Below, piece after piece: positions 39,001 through 48,827 of a stretch of DNA of 64,000 nucleotides (position 1 is the first letter of the stretch; every line of letters begins with the position of its first letter). The notes below the pieces were generated by a model that worked only from the letters and a program-made list of their open reading frames with translations, ran no database searches and was not told the DNA's origin. The stretch spans positions 1 to 64,000 of the IMG/VR virus record IMGVR_UViG_3300028581_000028. One strand, 5' to 3'. This DNA is from a virus. A program made the translations under genes and the position numbers.

Positions 39001-40607
39001 TTATCTTGTTTTGATATAATATCCCCGATTTTATATCCCAGAGTTTTAAGCCCAGCCTCTGCAGTATTTCTTACCGCAACTACTGGCTTGTAGTTTGTGT
39101 GCATCTGGTACTTGCGATTCCCCTCTTGGCAATCGATCATTATCGGGTTGCCCTTTTCGTCTTCACGCTTTCTCATAACATCAATAACAGTATCGGCAAC
39201 AAACTCCGTTTTGATCGCAAACAATAAGTTTTCAATCCATTGGAATCTGTTTTTAAGGATGTTGGTCGTGTTAAACGTGAAAGTATAGTTGTTTTTATTT
39301 CTTTCGTACCATTTTGCCTTTTGATCCTCTTTGGTTGGCTTTGTATCCCATTTTTTTACAAGCTCTACCTTGTGTTCTAAGCAATATCTTTCTAAGGCAT
39401 TGCTTACCGCTTTTTTGTATAGTTTGCTATTGGCAAAGCTATCGATTACGTTATACAATGCCATAATATCATCGTACATCGCAAAGTCTTTTGGCTTATC
39501 GGATAAAGGCATATAACGATAATCGACCTTTAACGTAGATAAATCCCTTCCTCTTCTGATCATCTGCCCAGATTTAACAAGCAAGGATGCGATATATTCT
39601 TGTATAGCCTCACCATTTTCGGCAACCGCATCAGTAATTGTTTGAGGTCTGATTTTACTATCTGCGATATCGGTCTTTGGGATATATAACATCATTGATT
39701 TCGGCACTTTCGCATAAGTAGCCGATGCGAACATAACTCCGCTTGATAATGCTATAAGTTCAGATAAGTTAATGGCAATATTTCCATCCCCAGCACCTTT
39801 GTGACTTTCGTCCAGTACAAAAATACTGTTAGGGGCGAGTGCCTTTAACATTTCATATTTTGCAATTGCGTTGGTGTTTTTTGGGTTGTCAACGTCTTGC
39901 GATAACTGGCTATAAGTAAGTAAAATGATATCGAAATCTTTTGGCATCTCGTTCTTTTTACAAAACTCAACCGTTTTTTTGGTGTCGAAAGGTTCAAATA
40001 AGGTTATTGTTTGCTCCCCTATTGTTTTTTGTACGATGCCATCATCGTTAAAAATAAACGGGTTTGGTAACTCGTTATCGCTTTCTGCTGGTGCGATTCC
40101 GCTAAAGCCTCCAATATCCCAAAAGTCTCTATAAATATCAGAAAATAAATGCGATCCAATAGTCATAAATATTGGGTTTTTTTTGATATGGTACGCATAT
40201 CTAAGGATTCCAGCGACCACTCTTCCCTTGCCAATTCCAGCCATATCACCTAAGATAAAGCCTTTTCCGTTCTCGATCTGGGTTATTGCCAGAGCTATTG
40301 CGTCCACTTGTTCAGATGAAAAGGCTTGGCACACCATAATACGTGAGTTATAGCCTAATTTAACCCTCACAAATTCTGCAGTATCAATACCGTTGCCTCT
40401 GAATTTATTTAATGCTTCTACGGTCTCGTAGGATAATTTTGCTGGGATAACCGCACCAATTGGGATACAAGATGATGCCGATTGATAAGGCATATAGTTA
40501 CGGTCTTCTTTTACCGCCTTCAGAATATCTTTGGCTTGGTTTTGATCGCCTTCCATTATTTCTGTTCCCTCTTTAGAGGTTGTCATAGTTCCTTTAATGT
40601 CTGCCAT
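36003..40607 (-). CDS. Strawberry-notch family SF2 helicase-like protein
   Basis: GFILGDMAGIGKGR, LTYSQ, LDESH, ASAT, GISLH, QKWGRINRTGQ. Confidence 0.85.
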   Translation of the reverse strand: MADIKGTMTTSKEGTEIMEGDQNQAKDILKAVKEDRNYMPYQSASSCIPIGAVIPAKLSYETVEALNKFRGNGIDTAEFVRVKLGYNSRIMVCQAFSSEQVDAIALAITQIENGKGFILGDMAGIGKGRVVAGILRYAYHIKKNPIFMTIGSHLFSDIYRDFWDIGGFSGIAPAESDNELPNPFIFNDDGIVQKTIGEQTITLFEPFDTKKTVEFCKKNEMPKDFDIILLTYSQLSQDVDNPKNTNAIAKYEMLKALAPNSIFVLDESHKGAGDGNIAINLSELIALSSGVMFASATYAKVPKSMMLYIPKTDIADSKIRPQTITDAVAENGEAIQEYIASLLVKSGQMIRRGRDLSTLKVDYRYMPLSDKPKDFAMYDDIMALYNVIDSFANSKLYKKAVSNALERYCLEHKVELVKKWDTKPTKEDQKAKWYERNKNNYTFTFNTTNILKNRFQWIENLLFAIKTEFVADTVIDVMRKREDEKGNPIMIDCQEGNRKYQMHTNYKPVVAVRNTAEAGLKTLGYKIGDIISKQDNDYAKTLINIIESLNGGKLTFKPVNTARKEIVIARAIIKDEDYADNGVLYAEKVAQMKRATSGLPLSPLDAMVQKIENAYRESWDDKYTKEKKFIVEEVTKRSMAIIPLKLVDADGNKTIPDPDGRFEIVSIKKESATDKTARFNAGKSDVIILNTAGSTGISLHSKLDYIDKRPRVMVIHQVELDVATEVQKWGRINRTGQVNNPSYMYVVSTIPSEIRKLMMLRRKLRSLDANTTGNVRQSEKASQILDIEGNEIEDMANKYGYIALIEFLEEAGNEGYKAILDENNDWYEKGGSKDKKFENYLRELEKLPCGDLNEKDETKKIANQESFYDRMNAYYVKLKKRFIEADDWDLETSMEDINASTRNKKVLFRGNNENQFTKSVFIEDKWVTPKGKPYSKEELSDAKDLIAGSKDHRANHNNLIYDFGKYVDERLISIAKSFGEADTSNAESDDEKQEIIANHRQLIADAVSKATLKFAKIKNTLIWFYPNRPVQVPFDIDILEDGAWESDTKRKSIQYGVGVVVGIKSLSKSDNKFSPMNLEIEIASLSKIRPHLKMTLTSQYQNIIDWIMGGSISQKEDAMAKAWEIQKSDERDRMRVLTGELFKAFEVTGDMFSGNANYKRKKRLIKYSTIAGTVETGIKLWMGKYIEVSDGFTPVFGAINSERFIEQLMAIEKLKWIWLPSKNEGFLRDENGAISFNLCTGIYTVGKDKELKKPNKLYLSDYLTTEISEAIENIIGKKGKLIYRTVDMLSAGSPKYFFKMKFLTFNIDSTSTQQLKSLLNYFNAEFKVLMEIKSKDGDNDYIIYKGRDMYEFKDEQKSEEGIYDYYPLLPFGENTPPDYIDNSFREVPENEYGMISLRFALSVIQCSLFNLVPANITERKAVVNILNTIGDEAVKIDFINKVKELGDDYIGIESLAQETIGVSPSYAIGLVDSYYAGQVIAENIDKASKPSDEDGDDNGDDKQVKTSSKEEREKVKIPLNWDTAQDFIIKLKSL

Positions 40608-40608
40608 T

Positions 40609-42477
40609 TTATAATGTGTTATCTTCGACTATGTTAAATAATTGTTCAAGTATCTCCTCCAGCGTACTACAGTAAGTTAAATTTACCGCATCGGATACAG
40701 ATACTTTTGATGTTTTTGGATCATTTACTTTTGATGCGTCTTGAGTTATTTTATCCCTAAACGCAGTAACCCTTTTTTCAATTCTTGCAGACCAAGTTTG
40801 GTATGCTGAATGATTAACAATAAAATCTTTTATCTTTTCCGTGCTGGTGCTTGTTATTGTTTCGCCAAGATACGTTTCTGTTAAGTTATTAAACTCATCA
40901 TAAAACTCTTGCTCAAAATCAACATCCTCCACGTTGCGTCCACTTTTTATAATATTAGCACGGATTTCGTTTTTGAAGTTTTCTATTGCCCTCTCAATCC
41001 TTTTCTCGAAAATGTTTTCGAGTTTTGGGAAGCTAAGTGCAAAATCATCCCCAGCAACGATAATTCCGTTTAACTCTTCAGCGTTAAAACCGCCAAGTAT
41101 ATAATCACCGCCACTTTTGAATATATCGGGGTTAAAAAAGATTTCAGTCTTATTCATATCTTCGACTTTTTCAATATTTACATAATGTTTATTATCAATG
41201 AGGTCAAGACGTTTTTCGTTATCGTGATTACATACTTTGCAAGTATGTGTATCCTCGTTTGCCTTAAGCCATTTATGACCGCATTTAGCACAAGTAACTC
41301 TGCCACCAAGCTCCATTTTTTGCTCCGCCCTACGTTGTTCGCTAATGGCTATTGCAAGGGCTTGTTTGCGATCAGTTACCAGTTGTCCGCTTGAGCTTCT
41401 TAATCTGCCTTCCTTAAACTCGTGCATAACGGTAGCTATTTTGCCACCATCTTTAAAACCTTCAACTTCTGCCAGTTTTGTGTAATAATGTTCATCCTTT
41501 TCCAGATGTTCAACCGCAACGTGTTTAGGTGCTTCCTTTGGGGTTATTTCGTGGCTATATAGTTTACGGAATGTTTTATCGTGTTCGTGTTCCTCGTTGA
41601 TGCCCATTGCCAGTTCTTTCTTTGGGTAAGATTTAACGGGTACTTTGCCACCTTTTTTTAGTGTATTTAAAGGATCGTGGATATACTCATCCATTTCCCA
41701 TAAATCCCAGTTATCGCCATTTTTAATTGCAAAATAATGTCCAAGTCCATCATCGTACTCAAGTTGGAGTACAATATCTTGATATTTACCAGCACTATCA
41801 CCCAACCCTACAATTTTATATTTCTCGCCATCAATTTTTATAAGACCACCCTTTTTCATCTCCGTGATATTATTATCGCCAATGTGTTTATCGATAACAT
41901 CTTTCATATATCCGAAGCCATTTTCAACTTTGTTAAGCCATTTAAGATCGGCAATAATGCGTTCAATTTTATCGTCCTCTTTATGCCTCAACCCAAATGT
42001 TTGCCATTTTACATAGAACCAGTTTTCTTTAGGTAGCCAGTACCCTCTTTTAATAACCCTTTCAAGATTTTCAAAAGCCTCGTTATTATAAGCGTTACTG
42101 CCCAATGCCCATACATCTGGGTGTTGATCTTTAATTTTTTTTGCGTAGTTGTAAATTAACTTTGATGGGACATTATTGGGATTAAACTGTATTGTACGAC
42201 CACCTTTTTTGTACTCATCGGCATCCGCCATAACTTCGTCTGGGGGCAGTATAGGAACTCCGTTACCAGCCGATTGATTTATTTTAGATAATTCTTTCCA
42301 ATGTTTTTTACTGGCTTCTCTATTTATAATAACCTCACCGCCCTCCAGTTCTACTATTTGCTTGGTATCGGTTACGATTGCTTTTATTCCACCGAGATGC
42401 TTACCATCTTTATCGTAATGGCGTTTGCCTTTCAGAGTGCCACCTTTTTTTCCGTTGCTTGTTTGTTTGACCGCCAT
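40609..42477 (-). CDS. Mosaic protein of small domains (DUF5661-like, DUF6496-like, Zn ribbon) separated by Phi-x-x-GG linkers
   Basis: GG..KG..H...GGI...EGGEVIIN; ELAMGINEEHEH...HL...HYYTKL; KIATVMHEFKEG.L.SSSG..VT.RKQALAIA; CAKC...CKVC. Confidence 0.7.
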   Translation of the reverse strand: MAVKQTSNGKKGGTLKGKRHYDKDGKHLGGIKAIVTDTKQIVELEGGEVIINREASKKHWKELSKINQSAGNGVPILPPDEVMADADEYKKGGRTIQFNPNNVPSKLIYNYAKKIKDQHPDVWALGSNAYNNEAFENLERVIKRGYWLPKENWFYVKWQTFGLRHKEDDKIERIIADLKWLNKVENGFGYMKDVIDKHIGDNNITEMKKGGLIKIDGEKYKIVGLGDSAGKYQDIVLQLEYDDGLGHYFAIKNGDNWDLWEMDEYIHDPLNTLKKGGKVPVKSYPKKELAMGINEEHEHDKTFRKLYSHEITPKEAPKHVAVEHLEKDEHYYTKLAEVEGFKDGGKIATVMHEFKEGRLRSSSGQLVTDRKQALAIAISEQRRAEQKMELGGRVTCAKCGHKWLKANEDTHTCKVCNHDNEKRLDLIDNKHYVNIEKVEDMNKTEIFFNPDIFKSGGDYILGGFNAEELNGIIVAGDDFALSFPKLENIFEKRIERAIENFKNEIRANIIKSGRNVEDVDFEQEFYDEFNNLTETYLGETITSTSTEKIKDFIVNHSAYQTWSARIEKRVTAFRDKITQDASKVNDPKTSKVSVSDAVNLTYCSTLEEILEQLFNIVEDNTL

Positions 42478-42505
42478 CTAATCCGATTTTAAGTTCGGTA
42501 AGGAA

Positions 42506-42585
42506 CAAAAATAATTACAAAGAACAACGAAAGCAACTGAATTGCAATATTTATTCAATCGCTTATATGTTTGTGCAATTGCACA
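42506..42585. promoter_or_regulatory. Promoter region of the large-protein operon, with palindrome and possible divergent promoter
   Basis: TATTTTTG on minus (42506-42513); TATGTTTG on plus (42566-42573); perfect palindrome TGTGCAATTGCACA (42572-42585). Confidence 0.5.
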
Positions 42586-42659
42586 TTAATATAATTTATA
42601 GGGCTACAATATCAGTATAAGTAACGGTTTAAACTTGTTTTTTATTTTCATTAAAAAGT

Positions 42660-44606
42660 TTAATTGTAAATATTAAATAATACTTTCCACCAGACAACTC
42701 GTTCAATCGAATATGATTTACAATTACATTTATCACACTCTTGGGGTGCGTGAGTGATTGGTTTAATATGATAAAACCAATCGCAGTGACATCTTCCGCA
42801 CCCGTGTTTTATCCCTTTTTGCCATCTTCTGAAAAGTTTTCTCATTGTTTAAATCTCCATTGGTTCACTCCATAATTTACGCAGTTCCTCGTACTCGCTT
42901 TCAGATAAATCGATTTCTATTGAAGACTGTTTTTCATTCCATTTAACATCTGGATGTACACTACGATAAAGCCTTATTTTACCATTTGTAATTGCAACCA
43001 TCCCATCTCTAATTATACAGTTAAAATTACTTTGATTAAACTGAAACTTGTAAGTATAACGTGAATTGCGGTTAATTGGGATGTTATAATTTTCCTTAAA
43101 TTGTTTAATTAATTCTGTTTTTAAATACTCCTCATTATCGATATCTTTAACAAACGTGCCATCGCAAACCCTATCCAGCGAATAACACCCAGAGATCTCC
43201 TCAAACCAGCCCACTGCTGAATGAGTCGATAATATACTCGCTTTATTGGATACGGTCACCGCTTTAATTTCACCGTTATCTAATTTAATATCAACTTTAC
43301 ACCCGATCCCATAAGTACCATTAAACACCCTAACTTGTTCCTCAAGTTCCGCTAATGTTTTTTGCACGATTCCGTTATTTGTATTTTGCATATTGTTAAG
43401 ATGTTTTAGGTGACTTGACCATATCTTGAGCTACTTTATTTTGCCAAAATGCTTTATCCTTAAATTTTCCGTTTCTTGTACACGATATAAACTCGTTGCC
43501 AAATTTATAAAAACGCAAGTATTTTAACTCCCAGCAACCCGTTGGAGTTTCGAACTCCAGTATCCGCCATTTTCTTTCTCCCCCCGACTCCGTAAAAAGC
43601 CTTTCTATAATTGCCTTAACCTCCTCCAGCGTAAAAAAGTATTTTTTATCCTCTGGGTTAAACTCAAGTAATTCTTTGGGCATCTCGATATCGTGTGGGG
43701 TTGTTTCAGCCAAGCAATGAAAATCCCTTGTATCAACGTGAATTTGTGTTATTTTATCGCTGGTGTAGTCAACCTCATTGTGATTGATCCACTCTGGTTC
43801 TTTTTCTACCATAACTACTTTTTATCTATCTTTTTATTAAACGATTCTTTAAACTCTTTAAACGCAAGTAAGGGTACTTCAACCCAGCGATCTAATCGGG
43901 TATCAAGATCTTTTTCTATTGCCTCTAATATTGTTTGTTTTTGGGCATTTAGAGTTTTATCAATCACCTCCGCAATTTTAAAACATTGTACAATATTAAC
44001 CCCCATTAATGCCTCTTGAAGTTCTTTGATTTGGATAATCTTTATCCGTTGGGCTTTTTGCACTTCATCCACCTCTATTACGTTTTTATTTTGCCAGAAG
44101 TCGCATACTATACAGTTGCCATTATGAATAACACAAGCATCAGAATGGTTGAAATTTGGGCTTGTACAACATTTATCTCTGCCTAAAAAAGCATTACAAA
44201 AAAGAGAGTCTTTGTCGCCTTGCCAAGTAGTGCAGTCATTCAGACAATTATTACAAATAAATGTTTTATCGTTATCAGTTGTTTCCATATTATAGTTATT
44301 TTAAATTTTTTTCGCCCAGTACCCATCCCCTATTACATATATAATTTTGTCTGGGAAATGAATAACTTCTTCAATTAAAAAATATTTGCGAGTAAAAAAT
44401 ATAGAGTCATCATCATTAAGCATTTCTTTTATTTTATCCCAAATCGGATAAGGGTTTATCGAATTAATTTTTTTTCTCAGTTTATTTATGGCTGTTTTTG
44501 TTACAAAAAGATGTTCTCTTTTACTTGGATTTGTAACGACTTCGTAATCGATGGCGATTGCTTCTATTAATTGCCAATCGGGATTTATACTTATTTGGGT
44601 TCTCAT
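42660..44606 (-). CDS. Five accessory hypothetical proteins (42660..42845, 42849..43391, 43396..43812, 43815..44288, 44301..44606)
   Basis: Abutting ORFs, two of them Cys-rich. Confidence 0.55.
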
Positions 44607-44612
44607 ATCGTT

Positions 44613-45191
44613 TTATTTACTAAATTCTTTAATTTTCAAAGCCTTGAAATGTGCAAGATAACCCTCTTCTTCTTTTAACCTTTCAGTCGCCTTTTTAAGC
44701 TCGGCTTCAACTTCCGCCACCCTTCTTTTTAGGTGTTTAACCCCAGCCTCCATATTCTCCAGCCCCTCTTATATTGCCTTTGCTCTGGTTTTAAAATATG
44801 TGTTATCGTACATAAGATTACCATCGATATCCGTATTGGGATATCCGTATTTATCTGTAAACGTTTCAACAACTCCGTTATCGTTATAAGTATATACTGG
44901 CAATCGCTTTTCGATCTCGTCTTGACCGTTGATAATATCGTGTATCTGCCCATTATCAATAAGCTCTTGGAGTTTATCCCAGATAAATAATAACTCCTCT
45001 GGCTTGTGTTCCGTAGCTAAACATTTTCTGCCTTGATTAAATGTATCCAAAGCGTATTTTAACCGAAGTGTTTTTTTGTCTACGCTAATTAATTTATGAC
45101 ACATCGGGCTTCCGACTGCAATGTAATCCTCGTTATTATTTACAGTATAGCCAGTATTATTGAGTAGTTTTTTTAATAGTCTTGCTTTCAT
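44613..45191 (-). pseudogene. Hypothetical gene interrupted by an in-frame TAA at 44769-44771
   Basis: The frame stays open for 51 more codons (EGLENMEAGVKHLKRR...) and fills the gap to the next gene. Confidence 0.45.
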
Positions 45192-45202
45192 TTCTATTTG
45201 TT

Positions 45203-45754
45203 TTAATTTAGGGATGCCAACCAGACTGCGTGTTCGCTTACTTGCTTACTCAAGTCCAACTTATCATTGGTTAAACAAGCAACATAATATTTTCTGTATA
45301 AACTCAAAAACTCAAGTGCCGAATCAAACACTTTTTCGTCTTTTGTATGTAAGATAATGTACGCACATAGCCCAAGATAATATGGCTTCATATACGAAAA
45401 AACATAATACAAGTCTGGTGATTTTACATACTGCCCCATTGCCGATAACACTTTTTCGTCATTGTTATCTACACTCTTTTTATGGTCTGCTTGAATAAAA
45501 TCCGCCATCCACTCCAACGGGTAAAAAACTGGCATCCCCCCAATCTGCTCCAAAAACTCATCGGGGAATCTGCTTCCATTTTCTCCGTAGTTATCGCTTG
45601 GGTTGTGATTCTTTTTTGCTATTTCTATTTTTTGCAAAAAATCGTTTTTAGCATCCCCATCTGGCATTTTATCAATATCTTTCAATGACATAAAGCCACC
45701 AGCGAATAGAAGTTTAGCCTTTCTGCTTTTTTTCGACATATATTCTTTTAACAT
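45203..45754 (-). CDS. Hypothetical protein
   Basis: ORF. Confidence 0.6.
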   Translation of the reverse strand: MLKEYMSKKSRKAKLLFAGGFMSLKDIDKMPDGDAKNDFLQKIEIAKKNHNPSDNYGENGSRFPDEFLEQIGGMPVFYPLEWMADFIQADHKKSVDNNDEKVLSAMGQYVKSPDLYYVFSYMKPYYLGLCAYIILHTKDEKVFDSALEFLSLYRKYYVACLTNDKLDLSKQVSEHAVWLASLN

Positions 45755-45760
45755 ACTTAT

Positions 45761-46135
45761 TTATTTTAAAATTAATTCCTCTTGAGTCAATGCAAAATAT
45801 AAGTTTTGTAGCTCGTGAACGTATTTAATAGACTTAGATGTTTCGTTGCGTATTATCTCGTCCAGAGTCCAGCCAAAGCCACCGCCATACCATAAGCAAA
45901 ACCTTGTTTTTGGGAATTCTACATATTCCGATAATTCTCTTCCCAAATTTAAGGAATAATGTTTTCGTTTAAGCTCAAGCCCAAACTTCGCCAACCATTC
46001 TTTTGTTAATGGGATTCCCTCTGCACCCTCTGGATTCCCATCTATTTCTTCGATATCGTGGGCAGACACCTCCCATACTTTTTTTTTGTCGGTAAGCCAA
46101 ACAAGATTCCCGATCCTTAATTCTCTTGCTACCAT
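45761..46135 (-). CDS. Phage protein of the ELRIGN.../YVHELQNL type
   Basis: ELRIGNLV, IPLT.EWL..FG, YVHELQNLYFAL. Confidence 0.65.
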   Translation of the reverse strand: MVARELRIGNLVWLTDKKKVWEVSAHDIEEIDGNPEGAEGIPLTKEWLAKFGLELKRKHYSLNLGRELSEYVEFPKTRFCLWYGGGFGWTLDEIIRNETSKSIKYVHELQNLYFALTQEELILK

Positions 46136-46435
46136 AATTATTTTATATTAGCTGGAGGAATGTTATTCTGCCTAAGTGTATCGACTGCTATTTTAGATAA
46201 CGTACACAAAGACCTCAATTTAAAGCCAATGGATACCTCCCAGTAATTCCAGTTTTTAAACTTACGCAATAAACGAAAACCTTGACACTCAAAATGTCCC
46301 TCGCTTTGATCCGCCAATATCCTCTGCTTAACTAATGTTACGCCATCATCATAAACCCCAAAGTGTGTTTTTGATAGGTTGTTGTTTATCGTTGTAGTTC
46401 TGAAAAATCCAGTATTTATTAATTTTCCATCCATT

Positions 46436-46804
46436 TTATTTGTTTGCTAATTCGATTAATATATCTGCGTGACATTTACTTTTTAAAGAACAAAAACAAG
46501 CAAGGTCTTTGCCTCGTAGCTCGTTAATATCGTTTTGCTTAAATTTATCCGACCAGTACTGCAGATCTTGGTCTGCAAACTGCGTACCCGTTGCGATATG
46601 CCTAAACAAATGTATAACATCATCAAGATCTCCGATTCGTAAATAAACCCATTTATCGAGTATCTTTCTCCGATACCCAGCATCGATGTATATCACCCCA
46701 GCCAATAATTTTAACGGGTTGCCCCATTTCGTTGGTCGTCCAACGTAAATACAATTATCTGGCATAGTCCACCCTTTTGTCCTTTTGCGTTGAATACGTT
46801 GCAT
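46436..46804 (-). CDS. DUF4326 family protein
   Basis: YVGRPTKWGNP...LRGKDLACFC...CHADIL. Confidence 0.8.
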   Translation of the reverse strand: MQRIQRKRTKGWTMPDNCIYVGRPTKWGNPLKLLAGVIYIDAGYRRKILDKWVYLRIGDLDDVIHLFRHIATGTQFADQDLQYWSDKFKQNDINELRGKDLACFCSLKSKCHADILIELANK

Positions 46805-46813
46805 TATACTGGC

Positions 46814-47441
46814 TTATTTAAGAGATAATTCGTGGATCAAATCCTTTTGTGTTCCGTAAACATCATATTCGTACAATAAGTGCGGTGAAGATTCAAAATT
46901 GCCCTCTTTGGATACCAAGTCCAGCGAGTACCTTGCGATAACTCTTTCAAATGGATATTCCTCGTCAAAAATTCTCTTAACGTGATTAACTATCTGTTTT
47001 ATTAGCCCAGCCTCCAGCGTTTTAGTTTGGATGTTAAAGTCTATTTTTGCAACAACACCTTTTCGGATCTCGTTTTTGTACATAAAAAAAACGACTTGCC
47101 CGACTCTATACTTGTAGTTTATTATTAACTGATTCATTTTTTTGCTTTTTATTTAATCGAAGTTTTTTAACTACATCCGTATTTTCGTAAACATATCCGT
47201 AGTGTTTACAGATTCCGCTTTTGTTATTTCTGGGCTGGTAATCCTCGCACATTTTACCGCAAGTTCCATTTTTCTCGCCAACTTCCATTACCTCTTTGCA
47301 GAAAAAGAATTCGGAATCGTTTTCCATTTTAGCCTCAAATACATCCATCTTTTCGATACCGTTTTCTCGCATATACTCTAAATGATATTCGAGAGGATAA
47401 CAATATTCGGAGTCACCGTCTTTGTAATAATACTTAGCCAT
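46814..47441 (-). CDS. Two hypothetical proteins (46814..47137, 47106..47441)
   Basis: ORFs; the second is Cys-rich. Confidence 0.55.
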
Positions 47442-47442
47442 A

Positions 47443-47886
47443 TCAATTATCGATATACGGTTTAAACTCTCTCGGTAGCGGTTTTTCAGCTCCTTGAGGC
47501 ATATCCCCTACGTTGCAAAAAGCGTAATTAAACTTAGACATCGCAGAGTTGTACTCAGAGGCGAGTTGGTTGTACGAAGCCTTTATTCCAGATAGTTCAG
47601 ACTGCCAGATTGACAACTGTTCCCGATCATCCCTCGCCCAGTCTTTTCGTGCCACCCCTTTATACTGGTCTTTTAAATCTTTGATCCTTGTATCGTACAC
47701 TCCCATATCCGCAATCTTTTTATCTAAGGCAGAGGACATATCCTTGTAGTATTCGTACTTCTTTAGCAATTCTGATGGCTTAAACTCTTTATAAGCAGTA
47801 TCAAGCCCATCGTTTGCGTACCTACACGAAGCAAGTGCAACTACCATAAAGATAATTGCACTTATTTTTAAAAGGTTACTTTTCAT
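47443..47886 (-). CDS. Putative lipoprotein, coiled coil
   Basis: Signal peptide ending LASC. Confidence 0.65.
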   Translation of the reverse strand: MKSNLLKISAIIFMVVALASCRYANDGLDTAYKEFKPSELLKKYEYYKDMSSALDKKIADMGVYDTRIKDLKDQYKGVARKDWARDDREQLSIWQSELSGIKASYNQLASEYNSAMSKFNYAFCNVGDMPQGAEKPLPREFKPYIDN

Positions 47887-48445
47887 TTGTTAGTTCCATA
47901 TTAAGAACAATGTTTTTAACCGCTAAAGGCTGGTCGGATATATGAACAAGCATCCCCCCAGTAACATACTGCTGGTGATAAATGCCTCTTGTATCAAACC
48001 AAAAAATATATTCTATTGAGTTTCCGTAAGTACCATCGTCTTGTAAAACTTCCGTAGTTCTGCATTTTTGTCCACCTATATTTACATCAAAGCCATAAGT
48101 GTCCCAAGATACATTAGTCCCGTTATTATCAACAACACTCGTAGGGGTTAATCTTTTACCGCTTGATGTTACTTTTCCTTTTACCGTAGAATAAATCAGT
48201 ACTTGTCCCGAATATGCCGATATAATATACAGATGTTTAATCGATCCAACCGTGTTATCAACTTTATATCTTGCTAAGATATTGACTTGCTCGGTTGTAT
48301 GACCATTTACATCTGTTTGAACTTCGACATTAGCTTTTTGTACTCCGCTTGAAGATACTGGCTCGGCTGGAGTTGTTGTTTGACCGCAACGTGTTGTAAA
48401 TAAAACAACACACAATAAACACATAATTAAATTTAACTTTCTCAT
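47876..48445 (-). CDS. Putative lipoprotein
   Basis: Signal peptide with Cys (FTTRC). Confidence 0.6.
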   Translation of the reverse strand: MRKLNLIMCLLCVVLFTTRCGQTTTPAEPVSSSGVQKANVEVQTDVNGHTTEQVNILARYKVDNTVGSIKHLYIISAYSGQVLIYSTVKGKVTSSGKRLTPTSVVDNNGTNVSWDTYGFDVNIGGQKCRTTEVLQDDGTYGNSIEYIFWFDTRGIYHQQYVTGGMLVHISDQPLAVKNIVLNMELTNEK

Positions 48446-48470
48446 ATTGATTTTTGTTTTAAATTATTAA

Positions 48471-48809
48471 TTAACAAACCTTATTTTTTATTTTTTTGAT
48501 GTTTAAATCCCAAGTTTGAGTGTACGGTTGACCATTCTCGATATCTATCCAAAGGGCATTTAAAAACTCGTCCCGTTCCTCTGGTGATAATGTTATATAT
48601 AAAGCCCTATATTGTAATGGGATACTTAAATTATTAACATCCATTATTGACTCCCTTATTCTTTCTTTTTCTTTTTTTGGAGCTTTAAATATGCTAAACC
48701 CCCATACACATAGCACGAGAAAAGCAATAAATATAAACATCACTATAATTAACACCGAAACAAGCTCTTGCGTTTCCTTTCCCATATTATTATAAACTAA
48801 CAATTCCAT
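48471..48809 (-). CDS. Single-TM hypothetical protein
   Basis: Hydrophobic helix. Confidence 0.5.
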   Translation of the reverse strand: MELLVYNNMGKETQELVSVLIIVMFIFIAFLVLCVWGFSIFKAPKKEKERIRESIMDVNNLSIPLQYRALYITLSPEERDEFLNALWIDIENGQPYTQTWDLNIKKIKNKVC

Positions 48810-48827
48810 TTTATACTTTTAAAATAA

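Noticed and set aside
40609-42477. Tail tape-measure protein, suggested by the GG...H..GG...EGGEVIIN motif
   Set aside because: No long helical repeat body and no neighbouring tail genes; the motif is only one small module
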